In this document: in pieces, positions 27,346-36,030 of the stretch
Layout: the number at the start of each line of letters is the position of its first letter
How positions within the stretch are numbered: position 1 is the first letter of the stretch
Assembly (NCBI GenBank): GCA_964427535.1
Contig: CAYRVF010000006.1
Location: 3,945 to 67,944, forward strand
Direction: 5' to 3'
Length of the DNA: 64,000 bases
From: an uncultured Ktedonobacterales bacterium
GTDB taxonomy: Bacteria > Chloroflexota > Ktedonobacteria > Ktedonobacterales > JADMIN01
Translations under genes and position numbers: made by a program
The notes under the pieces: model-generated
The model's input: only the letters and a program-made list of their open reading frames with translations
Told to the model about the DNA's origin: nothing
Databases searched by the model: none

Positions 27346-28215
27346 ATGGAATCCTTCGAGACCTACCGGCCATACCTCTTCTCCATTGCCTACCGCATGC
27401 TCGGCAGCGCGATGGATGCCGAAGATATGGTGCAGGAGACCTACCTGCGCTACCAGCGAACGCCTCCGGAGAGCATTCATTCGCTCAAAGCGTATCTGAC
27501 GACCATCCTGACGCGCTTGTGTATGGATCAACTCCAGCTCGCGCGCAGGAAGCGTGAGCTCTATGTCGGTCCCTGGCTACCGGAGCCGATCCTCACCCCT
27601 GAGACGGCTGATGGTGCTGATGTGGGCGATCCAGAGAAGCGTGTCGAGCTCGAGGAGTCGGTTTCACTGGCCTTCCTGGTCTTACTGGAGCAGCTCCAAC
27701 CATTCGAGCGCGCGGTCTTCCTGCTGCGCGAAGTCTTCGCATACGAATTCGCCGAGATCGCGACGATGCTCGACAAGAGTGAAGCCGCCTGCCGCCGCTC
27801 GTTCAGTCGGGCAAAGCGGCATCTGCGGGAGCAACGGCCACGATTCCCGGCCTCTCCGCGCGTCCATCAACAACTGCTCAACGGATACTATCAGGCGGTG
27901 CGGGGCGGCGAGATGGCCCCCTTGATGCACCTGCTTTCCGAAACGGTGACACTCTGGGCGGATGGAGGCGGGAATGTCAGGCAAGCTGCGCTGCGTCCGA
28001 TTTACGGGCGTGATGCGGTCGCGCGCTTTAGCCTGGGAACGCGGCGCTTCTGGCCAGCGGACGCGCGTGTCGAGCTGGAGGAGGTCAACGGCCAGACGGC
28101 GCTGGTCGTCCGTACGGGCAGTGACGTCTTCGCCGTTCTGACCATCGAGGTGGAGCAGGGGCAGATCCAGGCGATTCGCGTCATCGCCAACCCAGAAAAA
28201 CTCGCAAGGCTGTAG
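27346..28215 (+). CDS. ECF sigma factor, ECF41 (SigJ-like) group with C-terminal SnoaL/NTF2-like extension
   Basis: Same frame as ORF 27274..28215; start ATG 27346. Region 2 is YRPYLFSIAYRMLGSAMDAEDMVQETYLRY; region 4 is FERAVFLLREVFAYEFAEIATMLDKSEAACRRSFSRAKRHL. Group-specific motifs WLPEP, DGGGN and C-terminal NPEKL are all present. Confidence 0.9.
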   Translation: MESFETYRPYLFSIAYRMLGSAMDAEDMVQETYLRYQRTPPESIHSLKAYLTTILTRLCMDQLQLARRKRELYVGPWLPEPILTPETADGADVGDPEKRVELEESVSLAFLVLLEQLQPFERAVFLLREVFAYEFAEIATMLDKSEAACRRSFSRAKRHLREQRPRFPASPRVHQQLLNGYYQAVRGGEMAPLMHLLSETVTLWADGGGNVRQAALRPIYGRDAVARFSLGTRRFWPADARVELEEVNGQTALVVRTGSDVFAVLTIEVEQGQIQAIRVIANPEKLARL

Positions 28216-28301
28216 GGCGTCTTCGCGTACTGCCGCCCGCGGTGCATCCACTGCTGACACGCAAGTGACCACGCCCCCTAGCAGACGGCCCTCATTTCGC
28301 A

Positions 28302-28334
28302 GGCACAGGCACTGAGAGACACGGTGCCTGTGCC
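28302..28334 (+). terminator. hairpin downstream of the sigma factor gene
   Basis: GGCACAGGCAC (28302-28312) pairs with GTGCCTGTGCC (28324-28334), an 11-bp perfect stem. There is no U-tract. Confidence 0.4.
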
Positions 28335-28339
28335 ATCGC

Positions 28340-28368
28340 TTGACGGAGCGACCACTGCCCGCTAGGAT
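28340..28368 (+). promoter_or_regulatory. candidate promoter of the small membrane protein gene
   Basis: TTGACG (28340-28345), 17-nt spacer, TAGGAT (28363-28368), about 40 nt before ATG 28409. Confidence 0.3.
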
Positions 28369-28408
28369 ACGTCCTGGCGAACACTCCGCTTGTTAGCGAA
28401 AGGGATGT

Positions 28409-28825
28409 ATGAACACCGAGGTCCGCTTCACTGACACCTGGCGCATTGGCCTGTATGTCTTGTGTGCCATCACCGTGCTCAACTACGTCGCGCAGATTCC
28501 CTACTACATCCACTTCTACGGCGTCCACGGCGCGGCTCCGTCTCCGTTGGGGGTCGTGCTCCTGGCGCTCACGTTCCTCTTGTTTCTCGCCGGCTATGTC
28601 TTCACGCTCCAGGGTCGGCGCCTCGGCGGATGGCTGCTCCTCGGATTCCTCGTCCTCGAGTTCGCCTTCTACGTGCTGCACAACCTCTCCGGAGCGTTTC
28701 TGAAGGATCTCCCCCTGCACGATCCGCTCTTCCTGGTCGTCTCGCTGATCGGGTATCTCAACACGCTCGTGGCACTCGTGTTCGCGGTCTTGATGATTCG
28801 CGACCACAAGGTCTTCTTGCGCTAG
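28409..28825 (+). CDS. hypothetical integral membrane protein (four predicted TM helices)
   Basis: ORF 28409..28825. Four long hydrophobic stretches and normal codon bias. No family recognised. Confidence 0.6.
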   Translation: MNTEVRFTDTWRIGLYVLCAITVLNYVAQIPYYIHFYGVHGAAPSPLGVVLLALTFLLFLAGYVFTLQGRRLGGWLLLGFLVLEFAFYVLHNLSGAFLKDLPLHDPLFLVVSLIGYLNTLVALVFAVLMIRDHKVFLR

Positions 28826-28940
28826 CAGCCGCCAGCTCCCCATCCTCGGGGTCATGCCGCGCCAGAGGGCACCGCCGAACGTATGGTAGAATACTCCCTG
28901 CATTCGCGCCTGAGCGCGCGCGAGAAGACCGGGAGGCCGT

Positions 28941-30137
28941 ATGGGGACGGGAACGCCAGGCAGCGACGCGGCGAGCGCGAACCCACAGGTCGCGGACCGC
29001 TATCGCGTGCTCGCGCGCGTGGGCGTTGGCGGCACCGCCGTCGTCTATCGCTGCCTCGATCTGCATACCGAACAGGTCGTCGCCGTCAAGGTGTTACGCA
29101 CCAACGGACCGCTCATCCCCGAGGCCGCCGCGCGCTTTCGCCGCGAGGCGCATCTCGCCGCCACGCTCTCGCATCCCCACATCGTGCGCGTGCTCGATTT
29201 CGGCTACACGCTGCCGCTGCCTTCGCAGCCGCACGCCACCTGGGAAGAAGACGCTGACCGGCCGGTGCCCTACCTCGCGATGGAGTACGTCTTCGGCTCG
29301 ACGCTCAAAGAGCTCGTGCGGCGGCTCGGACCACTCCCCTACGACTGGGTCTGGCGCATCGGCGAACAGCTCTGCGCCGCCCTCGCCGCCGCGCACGCCT
29401 TCGGCGTCGTCCATCGCGACGTCAAGCCGCAGAACGTCATGGTGCTCGACGCGCCGATGGAGCTGCTGACCAAGCTCACCGACTTCGGCATCGCCCGACA
29501 GGTAGGCGGCGAGTACACCAATCTCACGACGACCGGGCAGGTGCTCGGCACGCCAGATTACCTCTCGCCCGAGCAGGTGTTGGGAGAGCCGGGCGGTCCC
29601 TCCGCCGACCTCTACGCGCTGGGGGTCGTGCTCTACGAGCTGCTCACCGGCAGGCTACCCTTCGAGGCGGATTCTCCGCTCGCCGCTGCCTCGCGCCGCA
29701 TGGTCGCCGACGCGCCGCCGCTGACCGCCTATCGCCGCGACGTGCCCGTGCCCCTGCAGGAGGTCGTCCTGCTGGCGCTGCGCCGCGATCCCTCGGAGCG
29801 CTACGGCAACGCGCTGGAGTTCGCCCAGGCGCTGCGCTGGAGCCGCGAGCGCTCAGCCTTGCCACCCTCGTCGGAGCGTGGGGGCTGGGTGCTGGAGCGC
29901 AAGGCGCCACGACCGCCGAAGCCCAAGCCCGACCTCGTGCCCATCGACGATGGGGCGCAACCGGCGACGCCCGAGTTCGAGGCGCAGAGCACGGTGCTGC
30001 GTGTCACGACCTCGCTGGCCGGCTTCGAGCTAACGCCGGACTCCGACTCTGATCCGCTCGCCCGCGGCCTGGATACATCGGGCGCCGATGAACCCGCCGG
30101 CGAGGACGCATTTCCACCGCCCAAAGATGAGAATTGA
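28941..30137 (+). CDS. serine/threonine protein kinase (Hanks type)
   Basis: ORF 28941..30137 with GGGAGG upstream. GVGGTAVVY...VAVKVL, catalytic loop HRDVKPQNVMV, DFGIAR, GTPDYLSPEQ. Pro/acidic-rich C-terminal tail without a TM segment. Confidence 0.9.
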   Translation: MGTGTPGSDAASANPQVADRYRVLARVGVGGTAVVYRCLDLHTEQVVAVKVLRTNGPLIPEAAARFRREAHLAATLSHPHIVRVLDFGYTLPLPSQPHATWEEDADRPVPYLAMEYVFGSTLKELVRRLGPLPYDWVWRIGEQLCAALAAAHAFGVVHRDVKPQNVMVLDAPMELLTKLTDFGIARQVGGEYTNLTTTGQVLGTPDYLSPEQVLGEPGGPSADLYALGVVLYELLTGRLPFEADSPLAAASRRMVADAPPLTAYRRDVPVPLQEVVLLALRRDPSERYGNALEFAQALRWSRERSALPPSSERGGWVLERKAPRPPKPKPDLVPIDDGAQPATPEFEAQSTVLRVTTSLAGFELTPDSDSDPLARGLDTSGADEPAGEDAFPPPKDEN

Positions 30138-30319
30138 CCTACGCGCTGGCCTGTAACGTGCTGCTGGAGTCGCTCGTATACAACTGTGTTCGATCGCACG
30201 TTTGCCAGGCTGACTGTCAGTCTGCTTGGCACAGTCTGTGCGCTAGCTGAACGTGCCTGTGCGTTGTGCATAGGTCGTATAGACACGAACGAGGAAGCGT
30301 TCGAGGAGGGACGGGGACA

Positions 30320-30661
30320 ATGAAGCGCGGACAGGTATTTGCTCTGGTGGCAGGTGTCGTCGTTGGTCTGGCTGGCGTCGCTCTTGGTGTGGTGCTCTCG
30401 CGGCGCGAGGGCCGTGAGGCGGCGAAGAAGGTCCTTGACCAGTATGGCCCATATGCCCAGAAGGGCGCGGATGTCGCCAAGAACGTCGCCCAGCAGGCCA
30501 GCCGCGTCAGCGGCCAGGTCGCGAAGGTCGCCGCGGACCAGTATTCGACGCAGGCCCCGCGCGCCCGCGAAGTGCTCAGCGGAGTCGTCGCGCAGGCGCC
30601 GCAGCGGATGGAGGCGATTGTCTCCGCACTGCCGGGCCGCAACGGCAAGGCCGAGGCATAG
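30320..30661 (+). CDS. small membrane-anchored helical protein (YtxH-like, tentative)
   Basis: In frame with ORF 30266..30661. ATG 30320 is preceded by GAGGAGG. One N-terminal TM (FALVAGVVVGLAGVALGVVL), then an Ala/Lys/Gln-rich helical region. Confidence 0.5.
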   Translation: MKRGQVFALVAGVVVGLAGVALGVVLSRREGREAAKKVLDQYGPYAQKGADVAKNVAQQASRVSGQVAKVAADQYSTQAPRAREVLSGVVAQAPQRMEAIVSALPGRNGKAEA

Positions 30662-30801
30662 CTCAGCAGAGGCACAAGCATCACACGCGAACACGGGCAG
30701 GTGGCACCAACGTCATCCGCCCGTGTCGTCGTTTCCCCACTACATCGTGCATGTGCGAGAGGATTCCATCCGTGCCCGAAGGCAAGGCCCCTCGCCTCAC
30801 G

Positions 30802-30846
30802 CCCCCTCCCCTCTTCCTTTAGAGGGGAGGGGGAGAGGTGCTGCCC
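30802..30846. repeat. REP-like hairpin repeat, copy C
   Basis: CCCCCTCCCCTC (30802-30813), 8-nt loop, GAGGGGAGGGGG (30822-30833); tail AGAGGTGCTGCCC. Lies between convergent genes. Confidence 0.65.
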
Positions 30847-30855
30847 CCAAGGGTG

Positions 30856-31662
30856 TCAATCCCTCTCAGGCGGCATCAGCGCGAGTTGGCGCGACTGCGC
30901 GAGGAGCACGCCATTGCGGCTCCAGATCTCGCCATCCTCTTCGAAGAAGCCGTTGCGAGCCAGCCGCGAGGAGAAGACGCCGAGGTAGTAGTCGTCGGGC
31001 CGGGCGTTCGGCAGCGGCAGGTCGGCGCGGAAGTGAATGGTCAGGTCGATGGTCGGCACACCAGCGGGTCCGGTCAGCCGGGGAAAGATGGATGGCACCC
31101 AGGCATCAGTGAAGGCCGCCACCGCGATCGCGTCCGCTACACGTGGCTCGGCGAGGCGCATCCAGCCACCGGCACGCGCATGCTCCGAGCCTGAGAACGG
31201 CATATCGCCCAGCGCCCAGTGATTATCATAGTTTCCCGCGAACGCCGGCGCCTCCGCGAACCGCTCGCCCCGTGTGGCATCTGGTGGCGGGGTCACGTTT
31301 GGCATCCGCAGTTCAGAGAGCTCGACGCTGCGGCGGGGCGTGGCGAAGGCCCCAGCCGCCAGAACGCAGGTGTATCCGTTTTGGAGCAGACGCGCCGAGA
31401 CCGTCGCGAAGCTGCGTCCCGCGCGCTCGACGACGACTCTAGCGGTATATGGCCCGGCATCGAGCGGCTCCAGGTAGTGGAGCGTCAGCGAGCGCGGATG
31501 ACGCGTGGGATCGTCGAGCGCCAGCAGCATCGCGCGCAGCGTGACGGCCGCCAGATAGCCACCGTTCACACCACGTCCGACACGCCAGCCCTCTGGAGCC
31601 TCGCCCATATACTGGCCGTTCCCTACCTGGGTCAGGGCGGTGTCGTCGTCAAACCGCGTCAT
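30856..31662 (-). CDS. acyl-CoA thioesterase II-like (double hotdog) thioesterase family protein
   Basis: Same frame as ORF 30856..31968. Start ATG 31662 has AGGAGG upstream. GRGVNGGYLAAVTLRAM...HPRSLTLHYL...TIDLTIHF pattern of TesB-like thioesterases. Confidence 0.78.
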   Translation of the reverse strand: MTRFDDDTALTQVGNGQYMGEAPEGWRVGRGVNGGYLAAVTLRAMLLALDDPTRHPRSLTLHYLEPLDAGPYTARVVVERAGRSFATVSARLLQNGYTCVLAAGAFATPRRSVELSELRMPNVTPPPDATRGERFAEAPAFAGNYDNHWALGDMPFSGSEHARAGGWMRLAEPRVADAIAVAAFTDAWVPSIFPRLTGPAGVPTIDLTIHFRADLPLPNARPDDYYLGVFSSRLARNGFFEEDGEIWSRNGVLLAQSRQLALMPPERD

Positions 31663-31934
31663 GTCGTCGCGTCCTCCTGCTCGGGGCTCTCGCGGAGCGT
31701 GGTCGTCGCCGTCCGCTGCCAGTGTACCCCATGTGTGCCACCTGAGAGGCCGTCGCCAGCTACACGCTCTCGGTCGCGATGGTGTGGCATTTTGACGCCC
31801 GCCCGGCACGCGCCGTAGAATGCTAGACGGGACGGGCCAGACAAGTGTAGCGAGACGAGACAGCACGGCGAGCGCGGGATGGTCGGCGAGACACGCGACC
31901 GGGCGCGGACGTGCTGAGCGAAGGCGGAATCGGA

Positions 31935-32990
31935 ATGGCTCCAGGGAGACGGGTGCGGTTGACGACACTCGCGAGTTGCGCCGGTTGAGCGTCGAAGATG
32001 GGCATCGAGACCCTGGACGCCGTGTTGCGTCCGCTCGCCGCCACCTTCACCGCCGGAGTACCCGCCGACCTGCTGGTCGGTCTGGGCAATGCCGACGACG
32101 CCGCCGTCTACCGTCTGAACGACGAGCAGGCCATCGTCGCGACCACCGATTTCTTCCCGCCGGTGGTTGACGATCCCTACTCCTTTGGTGCGATCGCGGC
32201 CGCCAACGCGCTGAGCGACATCTACGCGATGGGCGGCGATCCGCTGTTCTGCCTGAATCTCGTCGCCTTCCCCGACGACCTCGACCCGGCCATCCTCACC
32301 GAAATCCTGCGTGGGGGCGCAGAGACTGTGCGCGCGGCGGGGGCCGTCGTGGCGGGCGGCCACTCGGTGACGGACGACGAGCCGAAATATGGGCTCGCCG
32401 CCATCGGGACGGTCCATCCGCGGCGCATCTTCACCAAGGGCGGCGCGCGGCCGGGCGACGTGCTCGTGCTGACGAAGCCGCTCGGTACGGGGGTGATCAC
32501 GACGGCGGGCAAACGCGAGACGGTCAGCGAGGAGCATCTCACCGCCGCCATCGCCAGCATGATGAACCTGAATGGTCCCGCTTCACGGGCGCTGCGGAGT
32601 CTTGGGGACGCCGTGCATGCCTGTACTGACATCACCGGATTCGGCCTGCTCGGGCACGCCTATGAGATGGCGGAGCAGAGCGGCGTGGGCATGCGCTTCA
32701 CGCTCGCGGCGATTCCCTGGCTGCCCGGTGCGCGGGCGTACGCTGAGGCGGGCGCGGTACCCGGCGGCACGGCACGCAACAGGTCAGCCGTCGAGCCGCA
32801 CGTGACGTACGGCGATGCGGTCGGCGCGGTGGACCGCCTCTTGCTCTTCGATCCTCAGACCTCCGGTGGTCTCTTCGCGGCGGTCGCGCCAGACGCGCTC
32901 GACCAGGCCCGCGCGGCCTTCGAGGCTGCGGGAGTCAGCGCAGCGGAGGTTGGCGTGGTCGTCGCGGATGGCGGCCTGCGCGTAGAGTGA
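31935..32990 (+). CDS. selD: selenide, water dikinase (selenophosphate synthetase) with in-frame UGA read as selenocysteine at 31986..31988
   Basis: ORF track gives only 31998..32990. The same frame upstream reads MAPGRRVRLTTLASCAG-[TGA]-ASKMGIETLDAVL. This matches the SelD N-terminal loop, with the stop at the Cys/Sec position and Lys at +3. An alternative start is GTG 31953 (AGGGAG 4 nt upstream). The remainder carries the AIR-synthase-like SelD body (GNADDAAVY, TTDFFPPVVDDPYSFG, AANALSDIYAMGG). Confidence 0.85.
31986..32032 (+). promoter_or_regulatory. UGA recoding site plus SECIS-like hairpin(s)
   Basis: GGACGC (32015-32020), loop CGTGTT, GCGTCC (27-32). An alternative pairing is GCGTC (31989-31993) with GACGC (32016-32020). 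Confidence 0.5.
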
Positions 32991-33733
32991 AGGACCCGAT
33001 GGCGAGAAAAGCCTCCAGCACGGACATCGACCCGGAGCGCTTCGAGCAGCTTCAGCGGGCGCTCAACCACACGTTCGCCGAGCCGGGTCTGCTCGTCGAT
33101 GCGCTCACCCACCGCTCGTATCTGAACGAGCACGGTGGCCCAGGCGTCGTCTCGAACGAGCGCCTCGAATTCCTCGGCGACGCCGTGCTGGCCCTCGTGA
33201 GCGCCGAATTGCTTTACCGCCAGTTTCCACATGCTCCGGAGGGCGAGCTGACCCAGTTGCGGGCGGCGCTAGTACGAGGTACCGCGCTGGCGGGTTTCGC
33301 GCGCCGCTATGCGCTCGGCGAGGCGGTGCGCGTGGCCCGCAGCGAGGAGCAGAAGAGCGGACGCGAGCGTGACGCGCTGCTGGCGGCGACCTTCGAGGCG
33401 GTGCTCGGCGCGCTCTATCTCGACGCCGGTTTAGAGGAGGCCCGCCGCTTCCTCACGCCGCTCCTCACGGAAGAGGCGGAGGGCGCGATCCAACAGCGGC
33501 GCGTCAAAGACGCTAAGTCGCGGCTGCAAGAGCTCGCGCAGGCGCGTCTCGGCGTGACGCCACGCTACCGCACTGTGAGCGAGTCGGGTCCGGCGCACCA
33601 GCGGACGTTTACCGTCGAGGTGGTCATCGGCGAGCTGGCACCAGCGCGTGGCGAAGGCCCGAGCAAGCAACAAGCGGAGCAGGCGGCGGCGCGCCTCGCA
33701 CTGCAAGACCAGGGCTGGCTCGACGACGAGTGA
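32987..33733 (+). CDS. rnc: ribonuclease III
   Basis: ORF 32987..33733. The GTG overlaps the selD stop as GTGA; an alternative start is ATG 32999. ALTHRSY and NERLEFLGDAVL catalytic signature, with a C-terminal dsRBD (PRYRTVSESGPAHQRTFTVEV). Confidence 0.92.
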   Translation: MKDPMARKASSTDIDPERFEQLQRALNHTFAEPGLLVDALTHRSYLNEHGGPGVVSNERLEFLGDAVLALVSAELLYRQFPHAPEGELTQLRAALVRGTALAGFARRYALGEAVRVARSEEQKSGRERDALLAATFEAVLGALYLDAGLEEARRFLTPLLTEEAEGAIQQRRVKDAKSRLQELAQARLGVTPRYRTVSESGPAHQRTFTVEVVIGELAPARGEGPSKQQAEQAAARLALQDQGWLDDE

Positions 33734-33760
33734 GCCCCGCTCCCAGAGCGCCCATGCCGC

Positions 33761-33790
33761 TTGACACTCCGCTACCCACTGGGGTACCCT
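33761..33790 (+). promoter_or_regulatory. candidate promoter of tRNA-Thr
   Basis: TTGACA (33761-33766), 18-nt spacer, TACCCT (33785-33790), about 24 nt before the tRNA 5' end. Confidence 0.3.
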
Positions 33791-33813
33791 AAATGAGGTT
33801 TGCTCCCTCATCC

Positions 33814-33885
33814 GCCAGCGTAGCTCAGGGGCAGAGCAGCTGTTTCGTAAACAGCAGGCCGTGGGTTCGAATCCCACCGCTGGCT
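33814..33885 (+). tRNA. tRNA-Thr (anticodon CGT)
   Basis: Manual cloverleaf. Acceptor GCCAGCG/CGCTGGC; D-arm GCTC-AGGGGCA-GAGC; anticodon arm GCTGT-TTCGTAA-ACAGC; variable AGGCC; T-arm GTGGG-TTCGAAT-CCCAC; discriminator T. CCA is not encoded. Confidence 0.95.
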
Positions 33886-34221
33886 CCCCAGGAATATTCG
33901 GGCTTTGTCTCCCCAGGCCCAACACATAACAGCTGCCCTACCCCTGAGCTACTTCTGTCTCCAAGGGGTATTGAAGGACAGCTATTTCATTTTAGCACGC
34001 GGTATTTGTAGCTCGCTAGCTCAGCTGTTGTGTCCTGTTGTGTCATAGGCCGTGTTGCTCACCCCGAGCACAAAGCAGACTATGCCCATCTCCTACGCCA
34101 ATCGTTCGGCAGGGCGTTCACACACAGTACAATCAGTGCATAAGTGTGCACATCATGGTTGGTAGCGCCACGTAAGGTAGTGTAAGCCCGGTGTGACGGG
34201 GCACTCTTCCGAGCAGTTTCA

Positions 34222-34244
34222 GTCGAATTCCCACCACTCGGTCC
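34222..34244 (+). other. partial copy of the tRNA-Thr 3' end (T-loop to acceptor)
   Basis: GTCGAATTCCCACCACTCGGTCC versus tRNA GTTCGAATCCCACCGCTGGCTCC: 19 of 22 aligned positions with two 1-nt indels. Same orientation, about 340 nt downstream of the tRNA. Confidence 0.5.
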
Positions 34245-34258
34245 CTTCATTCCGTCGA

Positions 34259-34288
34259 GGGCGGGTTCGACTCCCATACGCCTCTGCC
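34259..34288 (+). other. second tRNA/tmRNA-like 3'-end remnant
   Basis: GGGCGGGTTCGACTCCCATACGCCTCTGCC contains the GGTTCGACTCC T-loop consensus, but the stem no longer pairs fully. No matching 5' acceptor strand was found. Confidence 0.4.
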
Positions 34289-34314
34289 CTAGATTGTATC
34301 TGTCACGGCAGCAC

Positions 34315-34680
34315 TCACTGGAAAGCATCGTCAGTGGACACAATCGCGTACAGCAGCACCGCGCGGCGCCCGCCATGTGGTGGCGCGGGCACGCGCTCAC
34401 CTTCCCGAATGACGCCCTCCTGCAAGAGCGCTGCGGTGATTGCACCCACTGTCGTACGCGACAGGCTGGTTTGCTCAGCGAGTTTGACGCGCGAGATTGG
34501 CCCGTGCTCGCGGACACAGGTGAACACGAGTGTCCGATTGATTCGGCGTAGCCAGCGCTGGTCAACGTGATGCACAGGGCCGAGCGTGGGCGGCCACGTT
34601 GCTGTGATTTCGTCATCTGCACGCTCGCCATGCTCGGCACCTGCCGCTGTGCTCTCGCGAGCGCGCCCCGACATCGGCAT
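34315..34680 (-). pseudogene. ROK-family transcriptional regulator, truncated to its N-terminal winged-helix domain
   Basis: In frame with ORF 34315..34809. INRTLVFTCVREHGPISRVKLAEQTSLSRTTVGAITAALLQEGVIREGERVPAPPHGGRRAVLL is a ROK-repressor HTH. The ORF then ends after 11 unrelated residues, and no sugar-kinase-like domain follows in any frame. Confidence 0.6.
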
Positions 34681-34826
34681 GCTTGCATCATGGTAGTTTC
34701 GTGTGTTCCGCACCGCCAAACCTCTCTTCCGCTGTAGGCTCTGCCCCGTTTGGCAGCTTGGCACCGCCAGGCGATTGATGTCGCGCGCCGCTCCGCCCCC
34801 TGCCTGCAAGTGCGCGGTTCTAGTTC

Positions 34827-35966
<1,140 letters not shown>

Positions 35967-36030
35967 AGATTCCCTCTTCCTCCCCGGATACCGCCATCTC
36001 CCACCCCACCGACTCGGCGCGCCTGTCAGC

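Noticed and set aside
28462-29469. 335-aa Arg/Pro/Ser-rich plus-strand ORF
   Set aside because: An out-of-frame overlap with both the small membrane protein gene and the Ser/Thr kinase gene, each of which has better evidence.
33900-34300. Possible tmRNA (ssrA) or other structured RNA gene
   Set aside because: A GGTTCGACTCC T-loop and a CGCCTC acceptor-like string are present. However, there is no complementary GGGG-type 5' end, no tag-peptide reading frame ending in a plausible degron, and the T-stem is broken. More consistent with att-site remnants.
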